A stretch of 64,000 nucleotides of DNA from an uncultured Nitrospiraceae bacterium (lineage in GTDB: Bacteria > Nitrospirota > Thermodesulfovibrionia > Thermodesulfovibrionales > SM23-35): positions 2,205 to 66,204 of the forward strand of contig CAVRZG010000033.1 in assembly GCA_963725545.1 (NCBI GenBank), in the 5' to 3' direction. Under the pieces are notes generated by a model. That model searched no databases, had not been told where the DNA came from, and was given only the letters and a program-made list of their open reading frames with translations. How positions within the stretch are numbered: the first letter of the stretch is position 1; every line of letters begins with the position of its first letter. Positions 9,794-21,653 of this stretch are shown piece after piece. The translations under genes and the position numbers were made by a program.

Positions 9794-10795
9794 TTAGTTA
9801 TAGGAGAATTCCCGTATCTTCAGAGTGCTGTTTGAACTCAGTGATTTCTCCAGCTGCTCAGGTGTTACAACTGCAGTCCCTACCTCGCCCACAACAATCC
9901 CGCCCGCGTGATTTGCTATTACCGCCGCCTCCTCCATACTCACACCTGCAGCGTGGGCAAGGGTAAAGGTTGCAATCACGGTATCTCCGGCGCCGGTCAC
10001 ATCAAATACATTCTTTGCAACGGTGGGAATGTGCACGACCTTGTTCTTCCTGAAGAGGCTCATGCCGTGCTCCCCGCGCGTAATAAGCACAGCATCACAA
10101 GATATCTTTCTCAAAAGGGCGCGGCCTGCATTTATGAGAGACCTCTCGTCTCTGATCTCAATGCCTGACGCCTGGGAAGCCTCGTGAACATTCGGGGTTA
10201 TCAATGAAACATTCTTGTAGCAATGGAAATGCCCGACCTTCGGATCAACGGATACGAAGATATTTTCCGGTCTCGCGATCTTCAGTATCTCACGTACGAG
10301 TCCTGATGATATGACCCCTTTTTTGTAGTCTGAGATAATCACCGCGTCATGTCCCTGCACCTCAAACCGCAGATAATTCAGAAGGCTCTTCAACGCATTG
10401 CCCGCAACCCTGTTTCTGTCTTCTCTGTCGAACCTCACTACCTGCTGACTATGGGCTATGACGCGCGTCTTCACTGTTGTAGGCCTTGAACTCCAGTGTA
10501 CTCCGTCAAAACGGATGCCCCTTCCTTCAAACATCTTCCGGAGGATTTCCCCGCCCCTGTCATTTCCCCCTGCCACTCCGACTATAGTCGCTTGCCCTCC
10601 GAGAGCAACAATGTTGTTGGCGACATTCGAAGCTCCGCCAAGGTTGAAGACCTCGTCTGTGACCTCAACGATAGGCACAGGCGCCTCAGGAGATATCCTG
10701 CTCACCTTGCCCCATATGTAGCGGTCGAGAACCAGGTCACCGACAACAAGGACCTTCTTCTTTCTGAATTCTTTCAGTAATTTCCCGTAATTCAT
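9794..10795 (-). CDS. rfaE1: D-glycero-beta-D-manno-heptose-7-phosphate kinase
   Basis: GDLVLDRY..RISPEAPVP, SDYKKG, DVTGAGDT. Confidence 0.93.
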   Translation of the reverse strand: MNYGKLLKEFRKKKVLVVGDLVLDRYIWGKVSRISPEAPVPIVEVTDEVFNLGGASNVANNIVALGGQATIVGVAGGNDRGGEILRKMFEGRGIRFDGVHWSSRPTTVKTRVIAHSQQVVRFDREDRNRVAGNALKSLLNYLRFEVQGHDAVIISDYKKGVISSGLVREILKIARPENIFVSVDPKVGHFHCYKNVSLITPNVHEASQASGIEIRDERSLINAGRALLRKISCDAVLITRGEHGMSLFRKNKVVHIPTVAKNVFDVTGAGDTVIATFTLAHAAGVSMEEAAVIANHAGGIVVGEVGTAVVTPEQLEKSLSSNSTLKIREFSYN

Positions 10796-10873
10796 GACAG
10801 TGAAAAAAATGATAAAAAAAGATAAGAGATTATTAATTAATTTAAGTTTATCAAAAACAGTCTTTCAAAAACA

Positions 10874-10953
10874 ATGAAGAACCCTGCGACAAAGACCGCA
10901 GGGTATCTTAACGTATGGAATTGTTTCTTTATATTCGCTCGCTAACCGTTTCA
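10874..10953 (+). repeat. short palindromic element, internally deleted copy of 23788-23913
   Basis: ATGAAGAACCCTGCGACAAAGACCGCAGGGTATCTTAACG shared; deletion between two CTCGCTA direct repeats. Confidence 0.8.
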
Positions 10954-11181
10954 TACCTGTAGAAAACAAATATTTCAAAGCACCGGAGAGCAAAGTATAT
11001 GGCTCGATTTCTGAAGCAAAATCACGGGCAACTTTGAAGAGACCGAAGACGAAGCGGAGGTCTCAGCTTCGAACTCCGCACTAACATTGAAGTCGGACAA
11101 AGGCTTGAGCAAAAAACAGGTAGTTTTTTGATTCAGAAATTGAGTCATATACTTTTCCAATAATATTTTGGACAGCAATGA
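10951..11181 (-). repeat. 232-bp nested inverted-repeat element, copy 3
   Basis: Same architecture as copy 2 with substitutions. Confidence 0.9.
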
Positions 11182-11190
11182 AAACAATTA

Positions 11191-11721
11191 CTATGCCGGC
11201 TCTATACCAATAGAAAGCAGCCACTGAACAATTTCTTTTTTGGCAGCCTTTGCATTATAGCCGTGCCATCTCTTTCTTTCTTTGGCATAGTCAATGAGAG
11301 CATCCTTGAATCTCCTGAACGCTCCTTTCCCCTCAACGGAAGAGGCAAGAAGCTTCTTGAGGTCGGGGTCCTCAACCGTGTCTATGAATTCAGTCATCGC
11401 CTGAAAGGCAGCTGAAGACGTCCTTTCCGGTATCCTGGCATACCTCTCGTTTGTATCAAACAATATCTCCATGGCAAGCTCGACCTCATCTTCCATCCAG
11501 TAAGGGATCTCCGGCTCCTCATCGAATTCTATATACTCGATGTCTTCACCTATCTCTTCAGACTCGCTGTCGTAGAGCCTGGATTTTACCTCATTCAGAA
11601 TTTCCTCTGAAAAGGTGATTACCTCGCCGGTTTCAGTGTCAAAAAAATAGTCGAAGGAGTCCCTTGAGATGTCCTCCATTGCCTTTTGAATCTCGTCGAA
11701 ATTGACCTTAAGCTGTTTCAT
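11191..11721 (-). CDS. UPF0158 family protein
   Basis: YFFDTETGEV..M.EFI..GKGAFRRFKD..W..WL pattern. Confidence 0.85.
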   Translation of the reverse strand: MKQLKVNFDEIQKAMEDISRDSFDYFFDTETGEVITFSEEILNEVKSRLYDSESEEIGEDIEYIEFDEEPEIPYWMEDEVELAMEILFDTNERYARIPERTSSAAFQAMTEFIDTVEDPDLKKLLASSVEGKGAFRRFKDALIDYAKERKRWHGYNAKAAKKEIVQWLLSIGIEPA

Positions 11722-12128
11722 GGGAGGTCCGTCTCCGGCATATCGCGAAACTGCTCATCCTTCTCGCAGGCCTTCCGCCAGTCACAATCTTTGCAGTATT
11801 TTTTCGACCAGATTCCGAATATCCGGGGCAGATTTTCTCTCAGATCCTGCCAGTGTATTCTCTCACCCTTCCTTGTCTTCTGCAGCTGAACTGCTGTCTC
11901 GTCCATCTCCCTGATTTCTTCATCCGCATTGTCGTTGTATAGACACTTGTCAGCGCTTAGAAACGGACATTTCGCACATACGTCGTCAGGACCACAGACC
12001 ACTTCTATCTGCTCGCCTTCGACTGCTCTCTTCAGAATGCTTCCGAGGTAGGCAACAAATTCAGGACGGTATCCTTCTCCCTTATAAAAGTGAAGGCAGA
12101 CAAGATGATGACCTCTGAGCCGGATCAA
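11718..12128 (-). CDS. DUF1284 family protein
   Basis: [26 protein letters not shown]. Confidence 0.88.
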   Translation of the reverse strand: MIRLRGHHLVCLHFYKGEGYRPEFVAYLGSILKRAVEGEQIEVVCGPDDVCAKCPFLSADKCLYNDNADEEIREMDETAVQLQKTRKGERIHWQDLRENLPRIFGIWSKKYCKDCDWRKACEKDEQFRDMPETDLP

Positions 12129-12853
12129 TGACCTAAAAGGGGGTCCTCTATGCCCGCCTCCTTAAATCCCTTTGCCCTGATAATACAGCTGTCGCACCTG
12201 CCGCAGGGCATATACTCGCCCAAGGGGCCTGCCCCGCTCTTTTCTTCCGAATAGCTGCGGGTCATAGCAGCTCCAGGTCAATGCATAATCAAGACCGAGC
12301 CTGGCCCCTTCCTTTGATAATGTCCGACTTCTTCATCGAAATCAGCGGGGCCTTGATACTAAACCTCAATCGTCCCTTCAACCGATATTTTTGTGGCAAG
12401 ATTGGCCATTTCTTCAAAGGCCTTAAGATACTCCGGACGGCAGTCCGGATATCCGCTGTAGTCAACTGCATTGGCCCCGATATATATGTGTCCGGCTTCA
12501 AGGACCTCGGCCCATGAAAGTCCAAAGGACAGGAAAATCGTGTTGCGTGCAGGAACGTAAGTGACAGGGATGAGGGATGAAGGATGAGGGATAAAGGATG
12601 AATGTCCCCGGTCTTTCGGCACCTCAATCTCAGATGTAAGGGCTGAACCGCCGATCTCTCTCAGATCAAAACCGAGAACAAGATGTTTTTTTACTCCGAG
12701 GGAGGACGCAACCGCCTTTGCAGATTCAAGCTCTCTCTTGTGCCTCTGGTTGTAATCAAAACTCAGGGCATATATCTCGAAGCCTTCGGATTGCGCCATG
12801 GCAAGAGTTGTCGAGGAGTCAACCCCCCCGCTCAGCAAAACAACAGCTTTCAT
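12125..12853 (-). CDS. queC: 7-cyano-7-deazaguanine synthase (frameshifted)
   Basis: [35 protein letters not shown]. Confidence 0.93.
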
Positions 12854-13907
12854 TTAATAAATATCATCTCCGGTCCCTTCTCTGCCGTCTTCTCCGGCAC
12901 TCAGAACTGTGAAGGAATTTCCTTCCTGTCTGTAGATGTAGGGATTTCCCCAGGGATCATTTTTCACGCCGACCTTGTCAAGTGTCTCCGGATAGGAGCC
13001 GTATTGATACCGGTAGACCTCTGCTTTGAACCGGAGATTGTCGATATCCCGCGACGCCCGGAATTTGCTGAAGACCTGTCCCGAATCCATAAAAAAGGAG
13101 AGGCTTGAGAAGATGAAGGCGATTGCGACAACGAGTAAAGGCAGAAATGTCAGGGAAATTCCGCGCTTTTCTACCTCGACTACAGGCGCCTCAGTGATGA
13201 CCGGCATGACCTCCTTCGTCTCAATAACTCCCTTTTCGAGAAGCGAGACCAGAAGTCCTCGAGACCGAAAAATCGTCCTTGCCCGATATATCAATAATAG
13301 TGCTTACATCATTTTCTCCATCGACAAGCAGGAGTATCTCCTCCTCTTCTTCAGTCAATATAGCATCGGGCTGCTCCTTTTTTAACAAAAACAACATCCA
13401 GCGTGATCTTTCCTTCAATTGATGTCCACTCATCGACAATGCGAAGTCCTTCCATAAGGAGATGCTGTGTATCGATTGAGACAGGGACGTCCTTATCAGC
13501 CGGCACAGCCTGGGGAGTAAACTCGTAGGCCCCCTCCTTCCAGTTGAATATCTGAACAACAGTCTCCCTTATCTGCCCTATAAGTATCTCTTCAACCTGT
13601 TCCTTGTCGACAAGGTCCCTTTCTGATGAGGAGATTGCCGAGCTTTGCATTCGTGCTTTTCTGTTCACGCAGGAGCCCCTGGAGAGTCTCTTCACCAAGA
13701 AGGCCTTTTTTGACGAGTACCTTGCCGAGCCTGTTCGCTTCCATCCTTCTCTTGGATTCAGCTCCCGACGATGTTCCCGTCGATGAAATTCAGCTTGACC
13801 TTGTCCAGCCGCCCCTCAATAGTGAGGACACCGGTCTTTCGCTGGAAAAAGATCAGCTGAAGAATATCGGCAAACCCGAAATCCTTGAGAGATCCCTCTA
13901 AAGCCAC
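12854..13907 (-). CDS. DUF4388 protein with C-terminal GspG-like (T2SS pseudopilin) domain (frameshifted)
   Basis: N-term VALEGSLKDFGFADILQLIFFQRKTGVL; LMEGLRIVDEW; TM segment; C-term DPWGNPYIY..SAGEDGREGTGDDI. Confidence 0.8.
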
Positions 13908-15568
13908 CCTTTGGCAATCCTCCTTCTTGTAATAATATTGGACAGCACATACGTTATGAACAGAAAGACCAGAGACAGAATGTTAAGCCAGACATGAGAG
14001 AAACCCGACATCTCTATGGTAAAGAAGGAATTCATAACCGGGATGAAAAGGAACAAGAGAAAGGGCCACAGGAATAGGAAGCCCTGCAGTACATTCCCTG
14101 CATAAATCTGGGCCAACGCCCGGCAACAGGAAAGAGATAAACTTTATGACAGACCGTCTCTTTTGCCGGTGTTCATATACGGCGAGAAGCCGGGCGATCC
14201 TTTCCTTTGCATCCAGTTCTTCAATTCTTACCATGGACCTGTAGCATTGCAAACACATATGGCCCCACAGTATGTGCTTTTCGCACTTGCTGCACAGGAT
14301 TTTTCCGCAGCGTGTGCAGCGGTATGCCCAGTCTTTAAAACTCCTGTCGGAGACAAAAAAGAAAAGGGCCATAATAAATGCAACAACCGGTATGAACAAT
14401 GGGAGGTAAAACCGATAGCCCGAAAGTGGAGGAACGGCCGGTTTTCCCCCGAACGTATTTCAGAAGATCTGAAAAAGGGAGGGTCTCATCAATTACAATC
14501 CTGTTCGGATTTCGTCCGGCAATTGCTCTGTATTGTGAAACCGCTTCCCGGTTGAGCGCCTGTGCAGCACAGGAAGTTCTCATCACCTTTGTCAAAATCC
14601 AGTGTTTCTCTATATGTCTGACTCAGATTGTACAGCGCAGAGGGAAGAGGCCTTAAATCTTTCGCTTTGAGATAGAGTTCCTTTGCCTTGTCAAAATTAT
14701 TCAGCGCGAAATAGCAATTGGCAAGGTTGTTGTACGCGAGGGGGTCAGGGTCCATCCGGATCAGCTTGTCGTAGATTTCTATCGCCTGATCGTATTTGCC
14801 TGTGCGCTTCAGGGCCAGAGCATATGAGAAAAGGTCATCAGGTCCTTTCCTGTTACCCAGCAGAGAAAGCGCATAGGCATTGCCTTTTGATTCATTGACC
14901 TGGACAACCGCCTTGAATTCTCCCGATGTTGATGAATTGAAGACCAGTGAGAAGACATACAGGAGCAGAGGCGAAAGAACAAGAAACATGATATAGAGAT
15001 AGAAGACGACCCTGTCCCATTTGACCCTGTAGAAACTGATAAGCATAAGCAGGCAACCCAACAAATAAAGAGGACCCAGAAGGGCAAAGACAAACATCAG
15101 AAGGAGCAATAACCGGTTCTTGGTCTCTTTGATATCATGCAGGAAGAGCGGCACATCTTTTGGGAGCCTGATAATTACGATTATAAAGATTGAGACGAGA
15201 AAGGAAAGGACTAAGCTCGTAAAGAGAGAAGACGCAAGCATAAACGACCACCAGAAATTTCTCTTATAGGCATCCAGCCCCTGCCTCATGTAGTCGAAGG
15301 TCTCGAACATTCCCTGTGCATTCAAACTGAAGTTCTCTTTTGAGAGTTCAAAATATACTGCCGGCAGGTTTGGCGAATACCGCTGGGCCTCTTTCAGAAG
15401 AGTTTCTGCGTCGGCAGGATCTGTCCTGGACTGCTGCATAAGCAGGTACGAATAAGGTTCTGTCTCTCTTATCCCCTTGTTCAGCTGTTCTTCATACAGG
15501 TCTGCGCCGTGTGAAAGAACCGGCAATAACAGGAGACATGCGATGAAAAAGACACGGAGTTTTCTCAT
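13898..15568 (-). CDS. multi-TM tetratricopeptide-repeat protein with CxxC..CxxC..CxxC region (frameshifted)
   Basis: TPR motifs AYNNLANCY, ALYNLSQ; CTRCG..CSKC..CLQC; pieces 14489-15568, 13983-14399, 13898-14116. Confidence 0.75.
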
Positions 15569-16159
15569 ACCCGCTGTCCTATTTTTCTCTCCGTTCCCTT
15601 CAGAAGCCTGACTATGTTGTCACTGTGGCGAAGGAGAATAAACACAGCGATAAAGACCGTGATAATCAGTTTTTCTTTATTACCGGTACTCGAGGAGATA
15701 CTCGCTGAAAGGCAGGAGTCCGAATGATACAATGGCGCCGAGAGATGAATATCGCGTATACAAGGCGACAACAAGCCATATAACAATAGTACAAAGGGCC
15801 GCCAAAGGGGAATAGATAAGAAGCACGCCGAGGCTCGTGGCAACGCCCTTCCCGCCTCTGAAGTTCAGGAAGACGGAAAAATTATGCCCCAGAATGGCGG
15901 ATATCCCCATAAGCCCTTCATACCATGCGCCCACGCCAAAGTGTCTGCCCAAAGCCACAGCCAGTGTGCCTTTCAAGATATCCCCCAGCAAAGTTAAAGC
16001 AGCAGGACTTTTGCCCATCGACCTCAAGACGTTAGTCGCCCCTATGTTGCCGCTTCCTACCTTCTTGAGATCTACCCCTTTAATTCTTGCTACTATTATA
16101 CCAAAGGGAATCGATCCTGTAAGAAAAGATACGATAATAAGCGCACTTATGAGAATCAT
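15565..16159 (-). CDS. plsY: glycerol-3-phosphate acyltransferase (frameshifted near 3' end)
   Basis: GSIPFG, GSGNIGATN, GH..FRGGKGVAT, RHSDNI.RL. Confidence 0.93.
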
Positions 16160-16689
16160 ATCCTTTTACCGAAAGACACGGTATATTGCACTCCTGAGAT
16201 AATGGACAAAACCAGGGCCAGCCAGATAAGAACGATGCCAATGTCATAAAGATTGATATCAAAGAGGCTCCTGTTCAGGACGAGACACAGGACCGCTGCT
16301 ATCTGTACACCTGTCTTTATCTTTCCGCCGAGTTCCGCAGGGATGACGATATCTCTTGAAAGGGCGACTACCCTGAGGCCAGTCACAAGGAATTCCCTGA
16401 CGATAATGACTATGGCTATCCATGCAGACAACCTCTCCATGTCCACAAGCACGATCAGGGCGGATATGACAAGAAACTTGTCCGCGATAGGGTCAAGGAT
16501 GATCCCGAATTTAGTGATCTCGCCTGAACGCCTTGCCAGATAGCCGTCGAGAAAGTCCGTAAGTGAGGCGATACCAAAGACAAGGGCGCCGAAAATCGGG
16601 TGGAGGTGCACGGAAAACACGAAGACAGGAATGAGGACAATCCTGCTTAAGGTAAGCAAAGTCGGCAGATTCAGCCTAAGAGTACTCAT
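16156..16689 (-). CDS. pgsA: CDP-diacylglycerol--glycerol-3-phosphate 3-phosphatidyltransferase
   Basis: TDFLDGYLAR..FG..LDPIADK, GKIKT. Confidence 0.93.
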   Translation of the reverse strand: MSTLRLNLPTLLTLSRIVLIPVFVFSVHLHPIFGALVFGIASLTDFLDGYLARRSGEITKFGIILDPIADKFLVISALIVLVDMERLSAWIAIVIIVREFLVTGLRVVALSRDIVIPAELGGKIKTGVQIAAVLCLVLNRSLFDINLYDIGIVLIWLALVLSIISGVQYTVSFGKRI

Positions 16690-17213
16690 CAATTAGTTTA
16701 TTCAGAAGTCCTTTGGCCTCAAGAATAAGATCGCAGATTTCCCTGACTGCTCCCCTGCCTCCCGCTTTTTTCGTGATCAACTTTACCTGTTGTTGAATAA
16801 CCTCATGGCCGTCTGCTACGGTAACCGGAAGGCCGCACAGTCTCAGCAATGAAAGATCCACTATGTCGTCGCCTACGCAAGCGATCTCGCTGTCCGCAAG
16901 AGAATATTTCTTCGCGAGCTGCCTGTATGCCTTTTTCTTGTCGAGACACTTCTGGAAAACATCTACTATTCCGAGTTCCTCAGCCCTTCTCTCCACAACT
17001 CCCGAAGATCTGCCGGTGATCAGCGCAACCTTGATACCGTTCATAATAAGCATCCTGATACCGTGTCCATCCCTTACATAAAAGGATTTCATTTCATTAC
17101 CCCTATCGTCGAGAATTATTCCACCGTCCGTGAGAACGCCGTCAACATCGAGTACCAGGAGTTTGATGTCCCTGGCAATCGCCAGGAGTTCTTTATGAGA
17201 AAGCTTCTTTCAT
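16676..17213 (-). CDS. kdsC: KDO 8-phosphate phosphatase, HAD family (frameshifted 5' part)
   Basis: LDVDGVLTDG, RDGHGI, GDDIVD, GGRGAVRE. Confidence 0.88.
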
Positions 17214-17268
17214 TCGTATCAAAAAAGTATATCAAAGAAGGTCAGAAAAGTCATGGGCGGGACAACTC

Positions 17269-17345
17269 AAAAAAAGGGGCCCGTCAGCCGGGCCCTGGAA
17301 TGGAGGTGAAAGGCGCTCCTAAGAGCCTACGAATATCGGGGATAT
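17269..17345 (-). ncRNA. candidate small RNA with anti-SD motif and intrinsic terminator
   Basis: Minus strand ..GGCTCTTAGGAGCGCCTTTCACCTCCATTCCAGGGCCCGGCTGACGGGCCCCTTTTTTT. Confidence 0.4.
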
Positions 17346-17440
17346 ACGAAAAATAGAAACGAAAAAGTTATTGTATAATACTGACAGGAAGTCAGGGGAA
17401 GAAAGTCGGAATTGATCATTAATTCCTTGGAGATCTGCTA

Positions 17441-19957
17441 ATGCAAAGAAATGAAGACAGCAACCCTATGCAATCTGCGGGTCGGAAAGAAGATATCCGC
17501 ACCGGGCTGAGCGTGGAAGCGATCAGGCAATCCGTGCTTGACAATCTTTACTTCCACCTCGCAAAGTCCCGCATTCCGCAACGCGGAACGACTGGTATCT
17601 GGCACTTGCGTATACTGTCCGGGACAGGATGATGCAGACGATGGATCAAAACACTCCAGAACTTTACAGAAGATCTTACGGTCGTTGCATATTTGTCTGC
17701 CGAGTTTCTCACGGGACCGCAACTCGGGAACAACCTCATCAACCTCGGCATCTATGATGAGGTCTATCAGGCCGTGAAAGGGTTAGGTCTTAATTTGCAG
17801 GATCTTGCCGAACAGGAGGAAGAGCCCGGGCTTGGAAACGGCGGCCTTGGGAGGCTCGCAGCCTGCTATATGGATTCACTTGCAACGCTGAGGATCCCTG
17901 CAATCGGGTATGGGGTCCGCTATGAATTCGGCGACTTTGATCAGGAGATCCGGGACGGCATGGCAGGTTGAAATGACTGACAAATGGCTTCAGCCCGGCA
18001 ATCCCTGGGAGATCCCGCACCCTGAGATCACCTATAATGTAAATCTCGGCGGCCACACCGAGTCGTATTATGACGAGCAGGACTGTTTCCGGGTGCGCTG
18101 GATTCCCAAATTTTCTATCAAAGGGACTGCTTATCGATACCCCCGTAACCGGATATGGCAGTCGGCACAACAAACCTTTTGCGGCTCTGGAAGTCCGAGG
18201 CCGTCGAATCCTTTGATTTCGAGGCTTTTAACACAGGTGACTACTTCAGCGCAGTCAACGAAAAGATTGCCTCGGAATCGATCGGCAAGATTCTCTATCC
18301 GGATGACGAGCCATACGCCGGCAAACAGTTGCGTCTCGCGCAGCAGTATTTCTTTGTCTCCTGCGCTCTTCAGGACATGATCCGCCTGCACCTTCTGCGC
18401 TGGAAAAACATCCATACCTTCTCCAACTCCTTTGCGGTGCAGCTGAATGATACCCATCCCGCAATCGCAGTGGCTGAACTGATGAGACTCCTGGTGGATG
18501 AACATCTGGTGAACTGGGACAAAGCATGGTATATCACGCAGAACACCTTTTCATATACGAACCATGACGATTTTGCCTGAAGCCCTCGAGAAGTGGCCGT
18601 TGCCCCTGTTCGCAGATATCCTCCCGAGGCACCTTGAAATCATCTATGAGATAAACCGGCGCTTTCTTGACGAGATATGGTTAAAGTATCCGGATAACAA
18701 TGATAAGCTCAGCCGTCTCTCTCTCATCGATGAGAGTGATCAGAAATATGTCCGGATGTCACATCTTGCAGGCCTTGGAAGCCATATCATAAACGGGGTT
18801 TCAGAAATCCATTCAGAGCTGCTTAAGAAGACATTGCTCCCCGACCTTTGCGAACTCTATCCGGAGAGGTTTTTCAATGTGACCAACGGAGTAACACCGA
18901 GGCGCTGGATTGTGCTCAGCAATCCGAGGCTCACTGAACTCATCACGAATACAATAGGGGACACATGGATCAGTCGGCTGGAGGAAATAAAACAGCTTGA
19001 ATCCTATGCCAATGATCCGGACCTTATAAAAAAGTGGCAGCTGGTAAAGCATGAAAACAAACATGATCTCGCCGGGATCATTCACGACCGGACCGGAATT
19101 TCCATTGATCCTGATACGCTCTTCGACATTCAGATGAAGCGCATCCATGAATACAAGCGCCAGCACCTTAATCGTTCTTCACATAATCACTCTCTATAAC
19201 AGGATCAAGAAAAATCCGCAGATAGACATCACGCCGCGCACATTCATCTTCGGAGGCAAAGCCTCTCCCGGCTATTTCACAGCGAACCTCATCATAAAAC
19301 TGATCAATTCCGTTGCCGGGATAGTGAACAATGATCCGGATGTGGCAGGACGCCTGAAGGTTGTTTTCTTCCCTGACTTTAATGTAAAGAACGGTCAAAA
19401 GGTTTATCCCGCTGCTGATCTTTCCGAACAGATCTCTACAGCCGGAAAAGAAGTCTCCGGCACAGGCATTATGAAATTTGCCATGAACGGCGCATTGACG
19501 ATAGGTACATTAGACGGCGCGAACATCGAAATCCGTGCGGAAGCAGGGGATGCGAATTTTTTCCTTTTCGGTTTGACCGCTGAAGAGATCTCTTCCATCA
19601 AATCCCAGGGTTATAATCCGATGGCGTGCTACTCCTCGGATCCGGAACTGAAAGAAGCGATTGATCTTATCAGTTCCGGGCTTCTTTTCCAAAAGATTCA
19701 ACTCTTTTCAAGCCGTTGATTGATTCACTTCTCCGCCGTGATGAGCACATGACCTTGCTGATTATCACTCCTATGTTGACTGCCAGGACCGCGTAGGCAT
19801 GGCGTTCAAAGATCAGAAAAAATGGACGAAGATGTCGATCCTTACTGTTGCTCGCATGGGAAAGTTCTCATCGGACAGATCCATACGTGAATACAACGAA
19901 AAAATATGGCATGCCAAACCCCTGAAGATCGATGAGGACATTTCAACCGATAATTAA
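17441..19957 (+). CDS. glgP: glycogen/starch phosphorylase (multiple frameshifts)
   Basis: [55 protein letters not shown]. Confidence 0.93.
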
Positions 19958-19995
19958 CAAAGAGTGCATATTTAATTGATGTAATTCCAAATCAG

Positions 19996-20982
19996 ATGAA
20001 TCAAAATAATAGAAGAAGAATCCCAATTGGACAACTTTTAATGATTGTGCTGATAGCACTTGTCAGCATGACCTTATTTCAATACGCAAAGTATCTCATT
20101 GCTCCGGAAATGACCAAATGGGAATCGAACATTATCACGGTTTTTTTCAGCACAATCGTCACAGGAATTGCGGCATATTTTGTGCTGTATACATATGGGA
20201 AAAAATCTCAATTGCTTGAAGCACAAATAAAGTATCGCAGGCTTGTCGAGGAGGAGTACAAGCTGAATGAAGAACGCCTTGAGGCATTACTGAAACTTAC
20301 CCATCTGGAGTTTAAGTCGGAAAAAGAGATTACTGATTCGGCGCTTGAAGAAGCAGTGAGACTCACCAAAAGTAAAGGCGGATATCTGCATTTCTTTAAT
20401 GAAGACGATCAGACCATACAACTATATTCATGGTCGAAAGAGGTACTGAAGACATGCAGAGCGGAACAGGAGCATCATTATCCTCTTGATGCTGCCGGCG
20501 CATGGGCGGACAGTGTTCGCCTCAGAAGAGATGTGATACACAATAATTATCAATCTTTGGCTGATAAAAAAGGCTACCCGGAAGGACACTTTCATTTAAT
20601 CAGGCACCTGGGCATTCCTATTTTTGATGGAGATCGTATTGTGGGAGTTACTGGGGTAGGCAATAAAGAAGAACCGTATGATGAATCCGACGCCCGCCAG
20701 ATTGCACTGTTCATGAATAGCATGTGGGGGATAGTGAAACGAAGGCGGACAGAGCAGGAAAGAGAGAGACTCATAGTTGAACTCAAAGATGCTCTTGCCA
20801 AGGTCAAAACCTTGAGCGGCTTATTGCCAATCTGTATGCATTGCAAAAAGATACGTGACGATAAGGGTTATTGGAATGAACTTGAAACCTATATCAGCGA
20901 ACATTCAGATGCTGATTTCAGTCACGGGCTCTGCATGGAATGTGCAAAAGAGTTTTATCCCGACTATTTTAAAAATGAATGA
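19996..20982 (+). CDS. membrane-anchored GAF-domain protein with C-terminal Cys/His motif
   Basis: Two TM, GAF-like (GYPEGH..RHLGIPI..GVGNK), LLPICMHCKKIRDD..SHGLCMEC. Confidence 0.8.
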   Translation: MNQNNRRRIPIGQLLMIVLIALVSMTLFQYAKYLIAPEMTKWESNIITVFFSTIVTGIAAYFVLYTYGKKSQLLEAQIKYRRLVEEEYKLNEERLEALLKLTHLEFKSEKEITDSALEEAVRLTKSKGGYLHFFNEDDQTIQLYSWSKEVLKTCRAEQEHHYPLDAAGAWADSVRLRRDVIHNNYQSLADKKGYPEGHFHLIRHLGIPIFDGDRIVGVTGVGNKEEPYDESDARQIALFMNSMWGIVKRRRTEQERERLIVELKDALAKVKTLSGLLPICMHCKKIRDDKGYWNELETYISEHSDADFSHGLCMECAKEFYPDYFKNE

Positions 20983-21013
20983 AATTGCATCTGTGAGAAA
21001 GATTCTCCTCCCT

Positions 21014-21571
21014 TCAGTCGCAGACTTTTTCGAGAAGCATAGCCTGCCTTATCTGCTGGGCCTTTTCTTTTCCGACAAGTTTCGCAACGATAGACAGGCC
21101 GAAGCATAGCGCTGTCCCAGGCCCTCTGCTGGTCATCACGTTCCCATCTTCTACAACAGTCTGTTCCTCATAGACAACTTTGCCGAGTCTGTCTCTGTAA
21201 GTTGGATAGGAGGTGACATGCCTGCCCTCAAGGATGCCCGCATTGGCAAGGACATAGGGCGCAGCGCAGATGGCCCCTGTGAGCTTTCCCTTTGCATGGA
21301 ACTCTGTTATCAACACCCGGACCCGTGCATCGTTATTGAGATTATCAGACCCGGGCTGGCCACCCGGCAGCACAATCATATCAAAGTCCTCAGCCCTTAT
21401 TGTATCTATGCCCGTATCCGGGAGAACCCTGACTTTCCGGGCACTCGTAACAGGACCTTCACGCAGGCCCGCAATTGTCACGTCTATTTCAGCCCTGCGT
21501 AGAACGTCCACAATCGCAACGGCCTCTACTTCCTCAAACCCTTCTGCGAGCAGAATAACCACCTTTGGCAT
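21014..21571 (-). CDS. DJ-1/YajL (ThiJ) family protein
   Basis: GFEEVEA, LPGG, AICAAP, TSRGPGT. Confidence 0.92.
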   Translation of the reverse strand: MPKVVILLAEGFEEVEAVAIVDVLRRAEIDVTIAGLREGPVTSARKVRVLPDTGIDTIRAEDFDMIVLPGGQPGSDNLNNDARVRVLITEFHAKGKLTGAICAAPYVLANAGILEGRHVTSYPTYRDRLGKVVYEEQTVVEDGNVMTSRGPGTALCFGLSIVAKLVGKEKAQQIRQAMLLEKVCD

Positions 21572-21653
21572 AATTAACCTCCTCTCTTATCAGGTTTTCA
21601 TTTTACAGAGTATACCATTGGTTCATCTTCTTCTGAAATGAGTATAATTATTC

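Noticed and set aside
17441..19957. Widespread frameshifts as programmed recoding or mass pseudogenisation
   Set aside because: Single-base indels also hit essential genes (plsY, kdsC) at scattered sites; long-read consensus error is more parsimonious, though unverified without reads
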